A stretch of 63,500 nucleotides of DNA, filler included, from Octopus bimaculoides (Eukaryota): the NCBI RefSeq assembly GCF_001194135.2. It is 5 parts of 5 records of this genome, joined end to end, with 100 filler letters (N's around TTAATTAATTAA, not from the genome) between each part and the next. Parts side by side here need not be neighbours in the genome. Positions count along the whole stretch, not along the records: positions 16,272 to 29,144 come from NC_068989.1; positions 29,245 to 36,676 come from NC_068994.1; positions 36,777 to 56,496 come from NC_068982.1; 2 more parts are not named here. One strand, 5' to 3'. Within the stretch, counting starts at the first letter, position 1. Each line of letters opens with the position of its first letter. Below, piece by piece: positions 26,458 through 38,430 of this stretch. The notes under the pieces are model-generated. The model was not told the DNA's origin and searched no databases. It saw only the letters and a list, made by a program, of their open reading frames with translations. The translations under genes and the position numbers were made by a program.

Positions 26458-27003
26458 AATCAAATAAGTACCAAGGATGTCAATGTATTAATATAATACA
26501 GCCGTTTCAGGCGGCTCCATTTTATAGAACAATGCAAGCACTACATCAATTTGAAATACAGCGCCATCTTCAGTTGCAAAAATAGAGATTTTCAACAGAC
26601 AGGATATTCTATTATAATTTTTAGCGAATACTTCATCAGAGTTAGAGAATAAATGCAGTATACATTAGATCTTATGGTGATGATAAGAAGATAGATAAAA
26701 TTGGAAATGATTTATAATTCCATGACTTCCACTTCTGCCACTCCAAAATTGTAGTTGTTTTCTCTCTTAGTTTATTTCTACTACAATAGCGACAGCATGG
26801 AATTCTTTCATTCTCTAACTCTGATGGAATATTTGCTAAAACCTATTATAGAATATCCTGTCTGTTGAAAATCTGTATTTTTGCAACTGAAGATGATGCT
26901 ATGTTTCAAATTGATGTAACGCTTGCATTGTCCAATTAATTGGAGCTGCCTGAAACGGCCGTATTGCATTAATACTTTGACATCCTTGTTACTTATTTGA
27001 TTT
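26457..27003. mobile_element. Two inverted ~194-bp pLTR-like repeats around a 159-bp spacer
   Basis: 26457-26650 is the imperfect reverse complement of 26810-27003; third copy at ~50225-50350. Confidence 0.85.
26882..26968 (+). ncRNA. Type I hammerhead ribozyme motif with long stem II
   Basis: TGCAA-CTGAAGA-[stem II]-GAAAC-GGCC-GTA-TTGCA; 5-bp stem I, palindromic stem III. Confidence 0.7.
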
Positions 27004-27114
27004 TTATTCACCGAGCTGTGCGGATAATACCAGACTGACTTGGTGCCTCAACTTAAGTACCTAATTCAACTGAATCTTAATTACTTTATATATATATGTG
27101 TGTGTGTGTGCGTG

Positions 27115-27151
<37 letters not shown>

Positions 27152-27409
27152 NNNNNNNNNNNNNNNNNNNNNNNNNNNNNNNNNNNNNNNNNNNNNNNNN
27201 NNNNNNNNNNNNNNNNNNNNNNNNNNNNNNNNNNNNNNNNNNNNNNNNNNNNNNNNNNNNNNNNNNNNNNNNNNNNNNNNNNNNNNNNNNNNNNNNNNNN
27301 NNNNNNNNNNNNNNNNNNNNNNNNNNNNNNNNNNNNNNNNNNNNNNNNATATATATAAATATATACACGCAGTACATATACATATACAAACATATATATA
27401 TGTATATTC

Positions 27410-27440
<31 letters not shown>

Positions 27441-28156
27441 TGTATGTATATATGCATGCATGCATGCATGTATACGTCCTACGTATTTACGTTTATGTGT
27501 ATATATGAGGAAAGCTTCTGCATAGTTTACGTCTACCAAATTGTGCGCGAGACAACGTAGTTGTAAGAGATACTTCGCGGTCGGATACAAGCTTTTGTAA
27601 ATCTAAATTCTTAACCACATCAGTATCCCTGCTCCCGTCTCATTATAAATTTACTATTAAATTTTTTAATGAATCACGGTACCAACATCTTCATTGATGA
27701 ATTTAGAGAAGTTAACTGGTGGAATTAATGAGATCGAGCTGTGACCTCTGCTGGTTAAATATTTTTGTAGCTGAAGATACTAAATCCAAGATTAATTTTG
27801 TTGATTTTTTTTTTAGCAATTCTCCCAAAGAAATTTATTTGTCACAATTAGGAATAAAATGGTGACACAAGTTGACCATCTTCATAAATCTTCCAAGGGG
27901 TATAAGAGTATTCCATAACTCTTTTTCCTTTTATACCTCCCTTTTCTTTCTTCCTCTTTCTCTTCTCTCATATATTTATATGTGTATATACATGGATACA
28001 CACAAGCATATATACATATACATATATATGTGTGTATGCATGTGTTTTGCGCGTGTGTGCGTATGTAGCTATGTATGCATGTATGTATGTATGTATGTAT
28101 ATATTTATGTATGTATGTATGTACGCATGTATGTGAATACGAGTGTATGTATGTAT

Positions 28157-28312
28157 GCCTGTGTGGTTGAGAAAGTCGCTTTGAGGCACGTGGTTTTGGC
28201 TCAGTCCCACTATGCAGCACCTTGGGCAACTGTTCTCTACAATAGCCCCAGGCCCACCATTACTCTGAGAGTGAATCCGGTAGACGAAAACTGTGTAGAA
28301 GCCCATTATATA
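28157..28312 (+). mobile_element. SINE family B, 5' part
   Basis: TCAGTCCCACT..GCACCTTGGGCAA..GTGAATCCGGTAGACGAAAACTG..GAAGCCC. Confidence 0.75.
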
Positions 28313-28573
28313 TATATATATATGTGTGTGTGTCTAAGTGTGTTTGCGTCGAGGTGTATGTGTGTGCATGAGTATGTCTGTATATACAATCATTAATTTG
28401 CAACCTAAGACTGAGCAGTCAATGTATAATTAGCTTTAAACAGCCGCTGGTATAGACATATTCGTATTGTGGTCACAGCGCTGTTTTTAGTTGTGTATAC
28501 ATACAGAAACCGCGTACACACGTACACATACATACATACATACATACATACATACACACAAGCATACATACAT

Positions 28574-28884
28574 ATCATCATAGGTGCATTAGGTTATGTG
28601 CCAACAAATTTGCAGAAAAAACTAGAAATACACGGATTCAAGGAAAAAGAGCAAAACAAACTGACATAGATTCTACAACTCCAATCTATTAATAATATAT
28701 TGAAGAATTGTATGACATTCCAAAAAATCTCCATCTAAGATTCTTATGTGAATAGATGCACACACTTGGATGTATGCGTCGATAGTCCAACTAACAAACT
28801 AACTCAATCAAATATGCACAAACACCAGGAACTCTCTTAAATCAGAAAACTTCGTTGCTTTGTTAGCAACCGGCTTGAACTCTC
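28574..28884 (+). pseudogene. 3' end of an RLE-type (R4/NeSL-like) LINE
   Basis: IIIGALGYVPTNLQKKLE...ILKNCMTF resembles the C-terminus of RLE retrotransposons. Confidence 0.55.
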
Positions 28885-28952
28885 TCAAGAACTTATATAA
28901 TTACATATATAAAAAATCATATACGTATATGCGAACGAATATACATATATTA

Positions 28953-29125
28953 CAGTTCTATATTTAAGAGATGAGGAATTATTTACATTATTTACATTAT
29001 CTACATTTGACGGATATTCGTCCTCATCTTGTTTGTTGTTAACACAACGTTTCGGCTGATATACCCTCCAGCCTTCGTCAGGTGTCTTGGGGAAATTTCG
29101 AACCTGGGTTCTCATTCCTATCGAT
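28953..29125 (-). mobile_element. PLE pLTR carrying an intact minimal hammerhead (29041-29086)
   Basis: GACAC-CTGACGA-A-GGCTG(gagggtatat)CAGCC-GAAAC-GTT-GTGTT. Confidence 0.8.
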
Positions 29126-29144
29126 GTTACTATTATTATTATTA

Positions 29145-29244
29145 NNNNNNNNNNNNNNNNNNNNNNNNNNNNNNNNNNNNNNNNNNNNTTAATTAATTAA
29201 NNNNNNNNNNNNNNNNNNNNNNNNNNNNNNNNNNNNNNNNNNNN
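29145..29244. other. Artificial scaffold-join spacer
   Basis: 44N-TTAATTAATTAA-44N. Confidence 0.95.
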
Positions 29245-29384
29245 TGTTAGCAATGATAGACACTAGTTAAAGACGGGGAAAGAGGACTAATCTCTCTATG
29301 TTTGCAGATGGGCTAGATTGAGTTAAGCTGGGATTTCTGAAGTATTAACTCTGTGGCCTAAGAGTTTATTAACAGAATCTTTCT

Positions 29385-29648
29385 TTAATGGCAACCAAAT
29401 GATTGGTCAGTTTTCCTGTTGATGGTTATTACAAGTTGTTGGTGTGTGTGGAGCTTCTCTAGGAGGCAGAATTGGTAATTACGAGCTTCAGGTGAGGAGT
29501 AAAGAGGTGCCCCATCAAGGACATTTTGCGTGATATTGAAAAAGTCGGTTCTGTAGTCCGAGATTCTCCAGATGAAGCGAGATAAAGGCGTAGAGTAATC
29601 CCTGCTCTTGTACCTGAAAGTGTTCCTGTCTTGTGTAAATCTTCCCAT
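29385..29648 (-). pseudogene. PLE GIY-YIG C-terminal remnant
   Basis: RFTQDRNTFRY..YSTPLSRFIWRI..FNITQNVLD.AP.Y...CLLEKLH...NRKTD...CH fits STxLSxxIWxL..W.IL..A..Y..C.LCL.EK..LNKRxE..C.H. Confidence 0.75.
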
Positions 29649-30079
29649 TGGCTGTTAAGACGGCATATCAATAAGTAACATGTAGGCGGCCCGATAGATC
29701 ACAATCTATGAAAAGCAAGTCTCCTATTAGAGGGTAGGGAATTTCAACAGTAGCAGGTTGGGACATGAGATGGAAAATATTTATGCGCATGATTTTTCTG
29801 ATGTCACGTGCCTGATATTCTAGGCGGTATTAATAAGTTAGAATTGGTATTATGGACATCAAAAAACTTATGGTACTTTTAGGTGTTTGGTAAGAACTGT
29901 TTAAATAGGGATGAAAAGTTTCCTAGAGATATCAAGAATATATGGACGATTGAACCAAGTTCAATCTCTCTAACATTTCTGATAGTCCAGTATAGAATTC
30001 ACGATATAAACTGATCGGTTGAGCATAGATGGATAGATTTTATATATACATATATATATATATATGTATGTATGTATGT

Positions 30080-33000
30080 ATGTATATAATCAAAACAAAA
30101 ATGGAACGAGAACGTAACAGGCGACAACAAAACATTCGGACAGTAGGTGATAAAGAAAAAGACAGGAAAAAACAAGGACGGGACATTCGGAGCTTTTTCA
30201 ATCTACAGTCGAGAAATCTGCTCTAATCTAGCCGGCCCCTAGGAAATCTAATCTAAGGCCACTAGATTCTTTGGAAGAAAGCAAGCGAATGTATACGAAA
30301 ACAAGGATGAAAAGGAAGAAATGGAGAAATGGTACACAATTACAAATACAAACAACAGGACATTAACAACAGGTGTCTTTCGACTAAAGACGAATTAAAT
30401 TAAGCTGGTGTGTGTGGAAGTGAAACATTACGGCAGGAACATGGAAGATGAAAGTAATGGGAAGAAATACGAGTGATGCTGCACTGATCGTAGTCGAACC
30501 AAGAAAGAAAAGTCAGGCTTGGCCAAACACCGGTCACATGGATGGAGAGGAGATAGGTAGTGGATAGAGGGATTGAAGAATTAGGGAGGGTCGAGAAAGA
30601 GATAAAAAGGGAAAGGGACATACTGAGGTAAAAGAGGAGTGGAAGTGATGAGAATGAAGGGGGTGCCAAGAAATGTGAGAGAGGATGGGAGCGAAAAAAG
30701 AAAAGTGGAGGGAACGAAGAAAGTGTGAAACGGGCTAAAGGAAAGAGTAAGAGTCGTATAGAATTTGGATATATATAAGTACTTACATACAGGAGACCAA
30801 AAGAGTACGTACGCCGCTATATATATATATATATNNNNNNNNNNNNNNNNNNNNNNNNNNNNNNNNNNNNNNNNNNNNNNNNNNNNNNNNNNNNNNNNNN
30901 NNNNNNNNNNNNNNNNNNNNNNNNNNNNNNNNNNNNNNNNNNNNNNNNNNNNNNNNNNNNNNNNNNNNNNNNNNNNNNNNNNNNNNNNNNNNNNNNNNNN
31001 NNNNNNNNNNNNNNNNNNNNNNNNNNNNNNNNNNNTATATATAAATACAGTCTGTTAAAGTCTGTCATACCGGCCATGATGAAATACCACAAGGTATAGA
31101 AAATACGTATTCGCCTTTATATATTTAATCCTTTATATTGAACACTCAATATTTCATCTATTCAATAAGACACATTCCATATATTCAATAAGACATTCAA
31201 TACTTTATTTCATAGTACCATCCCTTTTTATTTTATATTATATATTGTATATTATATTATATATTGTATATTCCATATTATATATCCCACATTGGTTTTG
31301 CAGGAATATAAATAAAACATAAAAAACAGACAGTGTTGGAACTCTTTTAAACAAAATAATATATAAATACATATATACATATATATATATTTATATACAG
31401 GATGTGATGCGTAAATTATCACCATTTTAATTTTTAGTTTCGCGCATGCGCATTGTTTGCTTTAGATTTTGCTGACCACACAGTATAGTAGGGTCAGTTG
31501 GGCGCCGTCTGTGAGAAGAACAGCCCATGACGCAATTCACTCTGCAATAAATTTGAAAACGACATGCTGTCCTGCTTGGTTGGCATTCACGCTGGAAGCT
31601 CCAATACGAACATTTCAGAGTGCTTGGGTGTCGATAGTTTAGAGGTGGGGTGTGGGTGATATTTTATTATACTAGGTTTAGAGAAGTGGGTAGCGGGAAG
31701 AAGGCCGAAGATAAAGTAAGGATAAAGGATAAAGAAAGTAAAGAGTAAAGAACTATAAACGCATAAATAAAGCCAATTAGGCATAGAGTCGAGGAATAGT
31801 ATTCGCTTGCTAAGGCTAAAGAACAAAGGGGTGACGGCAGAGATACACGGAATTTAGGAGCATTCTATGGATATAAGTTGAATGTGCGGGGAGGATACGA
31901 AAGCAATCAAATGATCAGTTCTAACTGTTTAGGAATTGTAGTGTAGTGCACGAATGATTTATCTGGTAAAGGGGAAAGATTTAGGATGTTTTAGATACGA
32001 ATATGTTATATGGGATAGTAGAGACCACTTGTGATACGAGAACATATTTGCCGAGAAAGGAAATACCTGGTAGTAAAAGTAGTGAATTACTTATCAATAA
32101 GGAGTTCAAAGAAAGAGGAGGTTATATGATAAACTACACCTAGTACAGAGTTAGAGGAAATACGAGATCGGATATCTAAGAAAACCAGCAGTAGGAAGTA
32201 ATCTAATGATATACAATTAAGAATGTTATATCGATGGCGTTGATATTATTTCATTAGATAATATAATCATCATTGTGTGAATCAATCGGGGGTAAGAGGT
32301 TAGGATAGAGCGTTTCATCTATTATTTACCATGCGCAGCACAAATAACTGCATCTAGGTATAAGAATTACTTACTTAGTGGAATTGGAAAAGAACTGGCT
32401 AGTGTGTGTTGGCGGCGACTTTTAGGTTAGATATTCTCTACAAATAGAATGGTTAGTTCCTTCAATATAGAATACTAAGCAAGTATAGTAAGAATGGTTA
32501 GGAAGTAATGGTAAAGAAGAACGAGACTGGAAGGACTCAGACAATTAAGCAGATCAATCGACTTTTGGATCAACAATAGAGGGATTAGATTTGAATGGCT
32601 CTAGGTTAGGAGCTATTATAGAGGTTGTTTAATGTCCTCAAAATATTTAAAGGAGCGGGTTGCCTTATGTATGCAGGAAATACGAAGGTCTAATTTATCA
32701 TTTATTAGATTTTCGCTGTTTGATCTCTTTAAAATTTCAAACATCTCCATGCAACGAGGCCCGCACCTGTATCTGCTGTCTGAGTACGGTTTAGTGAGCC
32801 TAATGATGTCCCACCTCAAATTAAATTTAACATTGTCGTCCTTAAGTTCCCAAATCTTGGTGGCTACAGAAGTCCTGCCTGCACTACATCTTAATTTAAA
32901 GGAAGAATTGTGGTTACGTAAGCGTTGCTTGAGATTTACAGAGCAGCCAATATAAGTATAAGTATTAGTCTCGTCACAACATTACATTTGTAAACTACAT

Positions 33001-33215
33001 TTACTGCTAGACATCGATCAGAATGTGGACATGACATTTTGTCTAAACAATTGCACCCAATATTTTCCAATACATGAAATTTATTATAACGAATACACAA
33101 TCCTACGTTATTATGGTGCAATAATTCAAGCCAGCGAGAGTTACTTAAATCCATAGATCGAATTTGCATATATCCTACGGCCGTTTCATGAAATGTATTT
33201 CAGAATGGGTGAACT
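30080..33215 (-). mobile_element. Long decayed Penelope-like element
   Basis: Minus-strand fragments SFLGKY, FIAFVSS-like and H-F-x-SCRNVS near the 3' end; decayed hammerhead half GAAACGGCCGTAGGAT at ~33172-33214. Confidence 0.6.
31396..31630 (+). mobile_element. 5' end of a maT/DD37D-like Tc1/mariner element
   Basis: TA-CAGGATGTG TIR-like start, then MTQFTL..KRHAVLL..AGSSNTNISECLG. Confidence 0.5.
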
Positions 33216-33589
33216 ATTTGTGCCCTTCTCGAGTATATACATTTCCTTGATCAGGGATTATATGAAATGTTTGAAAAATGTGTAAGAGAATTAAAAAAAA
33301 AAATCGTTTAATTGATATCAAAAGTCTTCATACTTAAACCATGTATTTTATGATGCAGTAAAATTTTGTTGAGATAACTAAAATAAATTCTAAAATGAGG
33401 ATTAAATGTATTATAAATCTTACGAGAAATGATGCCTTTACGGTTATTCTAAAATATATTGGAGAGGAAAGGTCGGAGTTTAGGTTTCAATTATTGGCTA
33501 TACTTTAATGAGAAAAAATTTTAAAGTAGAAAAATACCTATAGTTACAAAATATTAGAGCATCCGAAATCTTATTTGATAATATTTTTC

Positions 33590-33641
33590 TACTCGTACGA
33601 AGTATATTTATGGATTCTTTAGTGCATAATCTACACATTCT

Positions 33642-33692
<51 letters not shown>

Positions 33693-35690
33693 GACTGAGT
33701 AGTTTGAGTAATTATTGACCAATCTAGTTTAAATTGTTTATTTTGCGCTTTTAAATTATCTATGCGTTTGGTTAGTGTTGTCGAATTTTTCGTACTCGGG
33801 TTTGTAAACGAATTTTTATGTCCCCTATATCTAGTTTTAAAGTTTATTGTGCATCCTATGTAGATTTTCTTGGGTTCTTTTGAGGTACTTACTGCATTTT
33901 TTCGCAAAACACGACCCTTTTAACGGGCACGATTCTGGCGATCGGCAATTACAAGTACTTTTAAAGAATTTCTATTCCTAGTCTCCTGACTATGTTCCAT
34001 AGATTCCCTTGTATTCTTTTCAAGTTTAAATCTATTATTAGCTGCAATGATGTAACCCAAATTAGGTGATGTTGAATATGACAATTTTATACTAGATTTG
34101 TTAAAGTTGCGATGATATTTATGACCCAGAGAGACGTTTTTTCAATGATCTTAAAGAATAATTCGGGGAGATTCTCAACTTGAAGGGGAAAAGGTGGGGT
34201 GAACCAAATTATATCCCGCTTTTTAGTGGTATTATTTCTAACCAGTCTGTTTCTTACTGAATTTATTGTAAAATTATGACTAAAAAGTTGATAATATCTC
34301 CTATGTATATGGGGAATTCATTGTTCAACAGGTTCATTTACTGACTGAATGTCAATATTTAATTTACTTAAGCCTGGAAAGAGTTTACCTAGTTCATTTT
34401 TAAATACTGTACTTATATAATAAATGTTCTCATGGAAACCACTATTCTTAAGTGCTGTGTTATATAATGATGCGTGGTCATTGAAAATTCTTTTGTTAGC
34501 TGAAAGATTCGATATTCTTATAGATACTCCTTTAATTACCCCATTTATGACACTTCATGGTGATTTGACATTGTATTAATATACTATATTGTTTTATTCG
34601 GTTTATTGTAAGGAGAGAACAAATCACTCTGGAGATTTATAGTAACATCCCAAAAGTTTATTACCTTTGTAATATTTTCGAATGGTATATCTAACTTAAC
34701 TAAAAAAAATTTATCATAGCTTTCTTTGTCCTATCCACAGTTTATAAAGAGGAGCCAGTTAATGCAAATAATGCGTCGTCCCTGTATAATCCTCCTTCAA
34801 TGTTAGGGAACTTTTCCTTTACTTTTGAAAGCAAAAATAAGCCAATCAAGTCTGTAATTTGAGCTGAGTCCGCAGACCCCATTGTTACAGCTCTTATCCC
34901 TAAAGGATATCATTGTTTTCCTGGCAGTTATTATTATATATTTCTCCAATGGGGAGATACCCTTAAATCATTGAGCAAATGTTATTGCTTTATCCAACAA
35001 ATTCGGTGATATAGATTGATAATAATTAGTTATCTCAAAATGTTGGAAATATGTTTTCCTTTTATTATTTAATGAACAGAACCAAGTGATAACGTTACAC
35101 GTACTATTCCAAAGTGGTAAATTAACATTACTCTTTACTCTAGGGATCATCCTATCAATAACAGGTTTACTTTTGATCGAATTTTGATGGGTATATTAAT
35201 CGAACAGTGAGCTTACTTTCAAAGTTCTCTTTATGGTCATTAAATGCAAAATGGGGAGCCTTAGTTTTGTAAGGTTCAGTTCGATCCAATAATTTCAATT
35301 CTTTAATTAAAGCATTATTTATTTATTATGTTCAATTTACTATCAGTTTCTATTTTATATTTAGAGTTGAGCTCTTTTAGAACAAAGCCGTTGTAGGAGT
35401 CAATTGGTAGCAAGTAAAGATTTCCTGTTTTATCCGATAATAAATGAACGATAGGAGAGTTTTTTTTTTATTTTAGAAATAATGTCCGATAATTACTTTT
35501 AAATAGGGTATGTGCTTTTTACGAATTTCTGTTTCTTTAATATGTTAATTAGATCCTTTTCAAAGTTTCATAATGCAGGATTATGGAATGGGTTCCTGTG
35601 TGATTTCAGATTGTAATTATCCAGTCCATCATTCTTCTCTACGTGCTTCCCTTTCAAGTCATAACGGAATTATCTTGTGAGCGATAGCTT
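33590..35690 (-). mobile_element. Penelope-like element with RT and GIY-YIG, disrupted
   Basis: VITWFCSLNNK..FEITNYYQSIS..LLDKAITFA; VTMGSADSAQITDLIGLFLL..GGLYRDD (YRDD 34775-34786); KIYIGCTINFKTRYRGHKNSF..STTLTK; (GT)n inside EN. Confidence 0.9.
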
Positions 35691-35745
35691 TCGTTTTGTA
35701 TAGGAAATTCATTTCCTTCTACTTTCTTCATATATATATACATAT

Positions 35746-35789
<44 letters not shown>

Positions 35790-35955
35790 NNNNNNNNNNN
35801 NNNNNNNNNNNNNNNNNNNNNNNNNNNNNNNNNNNNNNNNNNNNNNNNNNNNNNNNNNNNNNNNNNNNNNNNNNNNNNNNNNNNNNNNNNNNNNNNNNNN
35901 NNNNNNNNNNNNNNNNNNNNNNNNNNNNNNNNNNNNNNNNNNNNNNNNNNNNNNN

Positions 35956-36621
35956 AAAAATATTATAAAATGTTATGTATAATAACATTGTTTTTGGGAG
36001 AAATAACCGGTTTCGTATTTTCTTTCCAAATTTCTCAGATTTCTTTACCGATATTGTGTCATCTCTTCACTATGATGTGAAGTGTGAGAGTTCCAGACAG
36101 GGAAAGTTAATCAGAGGTTTTTTCGGTATAAGGGAAATAATCAAAAATGTTGGGAATGACTAGGTTTTATTAATTTAACATGATTTGGTTTAGAAAGAAT
36201 AGAATGTTAGAACTGGTTAAGTTTGGCTTCGTATTTTTTCAATGAGGTAAGTTTCCTTATTTAAAAATGCTAGGAACGGTTAAGTTTTGGCTTATATTTT
36301 TCAGTGAAGTAGGTTTCCTTATTTAATCTAACTTATGTTGGTGTTCCAATGACACATTGATAAAATGGAAAGATTACAAATTGAGGTGGCTGTTGCTTTA
36401 CGCATTTCTCAATGTGTTCACTAAAGGGTATCATTCTGTATTCAGGGAATGCAATCTGCTGTCGGTGTAGAGTGCATCTGCATCTGCTCTCATACTTCAC
36501 ACCATAGTGAAGAGATGACACAATATCGAGAAAGAAATTTCAGAAATTTGAAAAGAAAATACGAAACAGGATATTTCTCCAAAAACAATGTTTACTATAC
36601 ACAACATTTTATAACATTTTT
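35956..36621. mobile_element. Non-autonomous element with ~135-bp terminal inverted repeats
   Basis: 35956-36090 inverted at 36487-36621; left end abuts an N gap so TSD is not visible. Confidence 0.8.
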
Positions 36622-36676
36622 CTAACATAACGATTTAAATATATTCTTTAACCATATAACACAAGTCTTCTGTAGT

Positions 36677-36776
36677 NNNNNNNNNNNNNNNNNNNNNNNN
36701 NNNNNNNNNNNNNNNNNNNNTTAATTAATTAANNNNNNNNNNNNNNNNNNNNNNNNNNNNNNNNNNNNNNNNNNNN
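36677..36776. other. Artificial scaffold-join spacer
   Basis: 44N-TTAATTAATTAA-44N. Confidence 0.95.
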
Positions 36777-36872
36777 AATATATATACATGCCATTTCTGC
36801 TTAAGTGATAGATAGAAAGGTAGGTAGGTAGGTAGGTAGGTAGGTATAAATGCATGTTTTATAAGCCTTAAA

Positions 36873-36929
<57 letters not shown>

Positions 36930-37439
36930 ACATACAATCATGTGAAGAATCGTGGTGTATCTAAGCCATATGTTAATGAATCTAAGAAACGCAACTTAAG
37001 AAACGCATTGCAGAAAGATCTCAATGTTAAAGTTTTGTATTAAAAAATAATTAACCGATAGTAGTCAATTTGTTTGTTGATCAAAAGTTTTCTCCATTTT
37101 CTGCTTATGTTCTATATGTATGTATGTATATAAATCCAATACAAGGAAAACAGGCTCCTTTATAGGGATGGAAACCTCCAATTTTTCACTGCTTTGGCGG
37201 TTTAATACCCAGTATAGCAGAGAAAAACTTTTTCACAATTCAAATAGGTACATGTTCAATATACATAAATGAAAAGAAAATGGAGATTTACGATTGATAT
37301 ATTTTAATTCATTACCATAATATTATGTTATTATTGTAATATAATATAATATAAATATCTATATTTGTATTATATTGTATTATATTATATTATATTATAT
37401 ATTATATCATATCATATCATATTATATTATATTATATTA

Positions 37440-38430
37440 CTAGCAAACGCACCCGTCCTTCGGACGGTTCAAGTTGCTTTGGTGGTATTTTTTTGACTTT
37501 GTTCCAGGTGCCACTTGAGCTCGGCGAGCTATTTGCTCAGTGGTATCTCCCTTGAAGTAAATTAAAAGGGAAAATAGAACCTATCCGATGATAGGTTTGG
37601 CCCTGAATTTTAAGCGTTGGCATATAGGAGTCTTCATGAATGGATTTGTGACCCAAACTTGCCATCTGGAAGGCAGAGTTATAAGTGCGAATTTTCTGTA
37701 TAAATTGCTGCGAATCAGGGTGTTGACCAAGGAGTAAAGAGAGGAAAGGCTGAGGAGTATTTTGCAGGTCAGGCAAGCGGACTTTTCCGTTTGAGCAGTA
37801 GAGGCCACTGGATTCTCCAACCCACTTGAGGGCCTTGTAAAATGGACATATTACAGACACATCCCCTGTAACAGTCGCTCAATGAGTGGCGTAATCCTCA
37901 GTAGGATCATAGTTGAGCACTTTTTATGCCCATCGACTACTCGATGGCTTCCAATAGCCATGAGGAAGAGCCTTCTGGTGAACGTTAAACTGAATTCTCA
38001 TCATCCGATGGTTATCGTCATCTACCAACCTTGCGGCAGAATTGGATGCAGCGTTGCGTGCCCGATGGATAGCAGTTTCTTCTTGGGCTTCTTCGGCCCT
38101 CATGGCAGAAGTGGATGCAGCATTGCGTGCCCGACGGATAGCACTGTTGTGTGGGGTTACTGCAGCCCTTGCGTCAGCAACACGCACTCGATAGGTTTCC
38201 CGTTGCTCTGGAGTGGTTGCAGCTCTAGCAGCGGCAGCTCTAGCAGTGGCAGCTCTAGCAGCGGCAGCTCTAGCAGCGGCAGCTCTTTTCAACAGTCTAC
38301 AGGATCTCTGGTCCTCAGTTTCCTTAGCTTGCCAGCGCTACTGTCAATGTGTACTCACTTTTTAAGTGGCATGCTTGTATTATCTGTAAAAGGAAAATGA
38401 GTTTTAGTGTACAAAGTGATTATCGATCCT
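37440..38430 (-). mobile_element. Internally deleted Helitron
   Basis: 3' end hairpin CCGTCC-GAA-GGACGG, 9 nt, then CTAG|T; ORF pieces FNYDPTEDY, ICPFYKALKWVGESSGLYCSNGKV, IRTYNSAFQMASLG, TLKIQGQTYHRIGS typical of the Helitron Rep/Hel N-terminal region; 5' end uncertain. Confidence 0.88.

Noticed and set aside
29189-29200. TTAATTAATTAA as PacI site, piggyBac TTAA target or regulatory motif
   Set aside because: It always sits in exactly 44+44 Ns, so it is an assembly linker.
29385-29648. FIWRISDY...LYSSP looked like a TRAF/MATH domain exon
   Set aside because: The whole ORF fits the PLE GIY-YIG C-terminal pattern much better.
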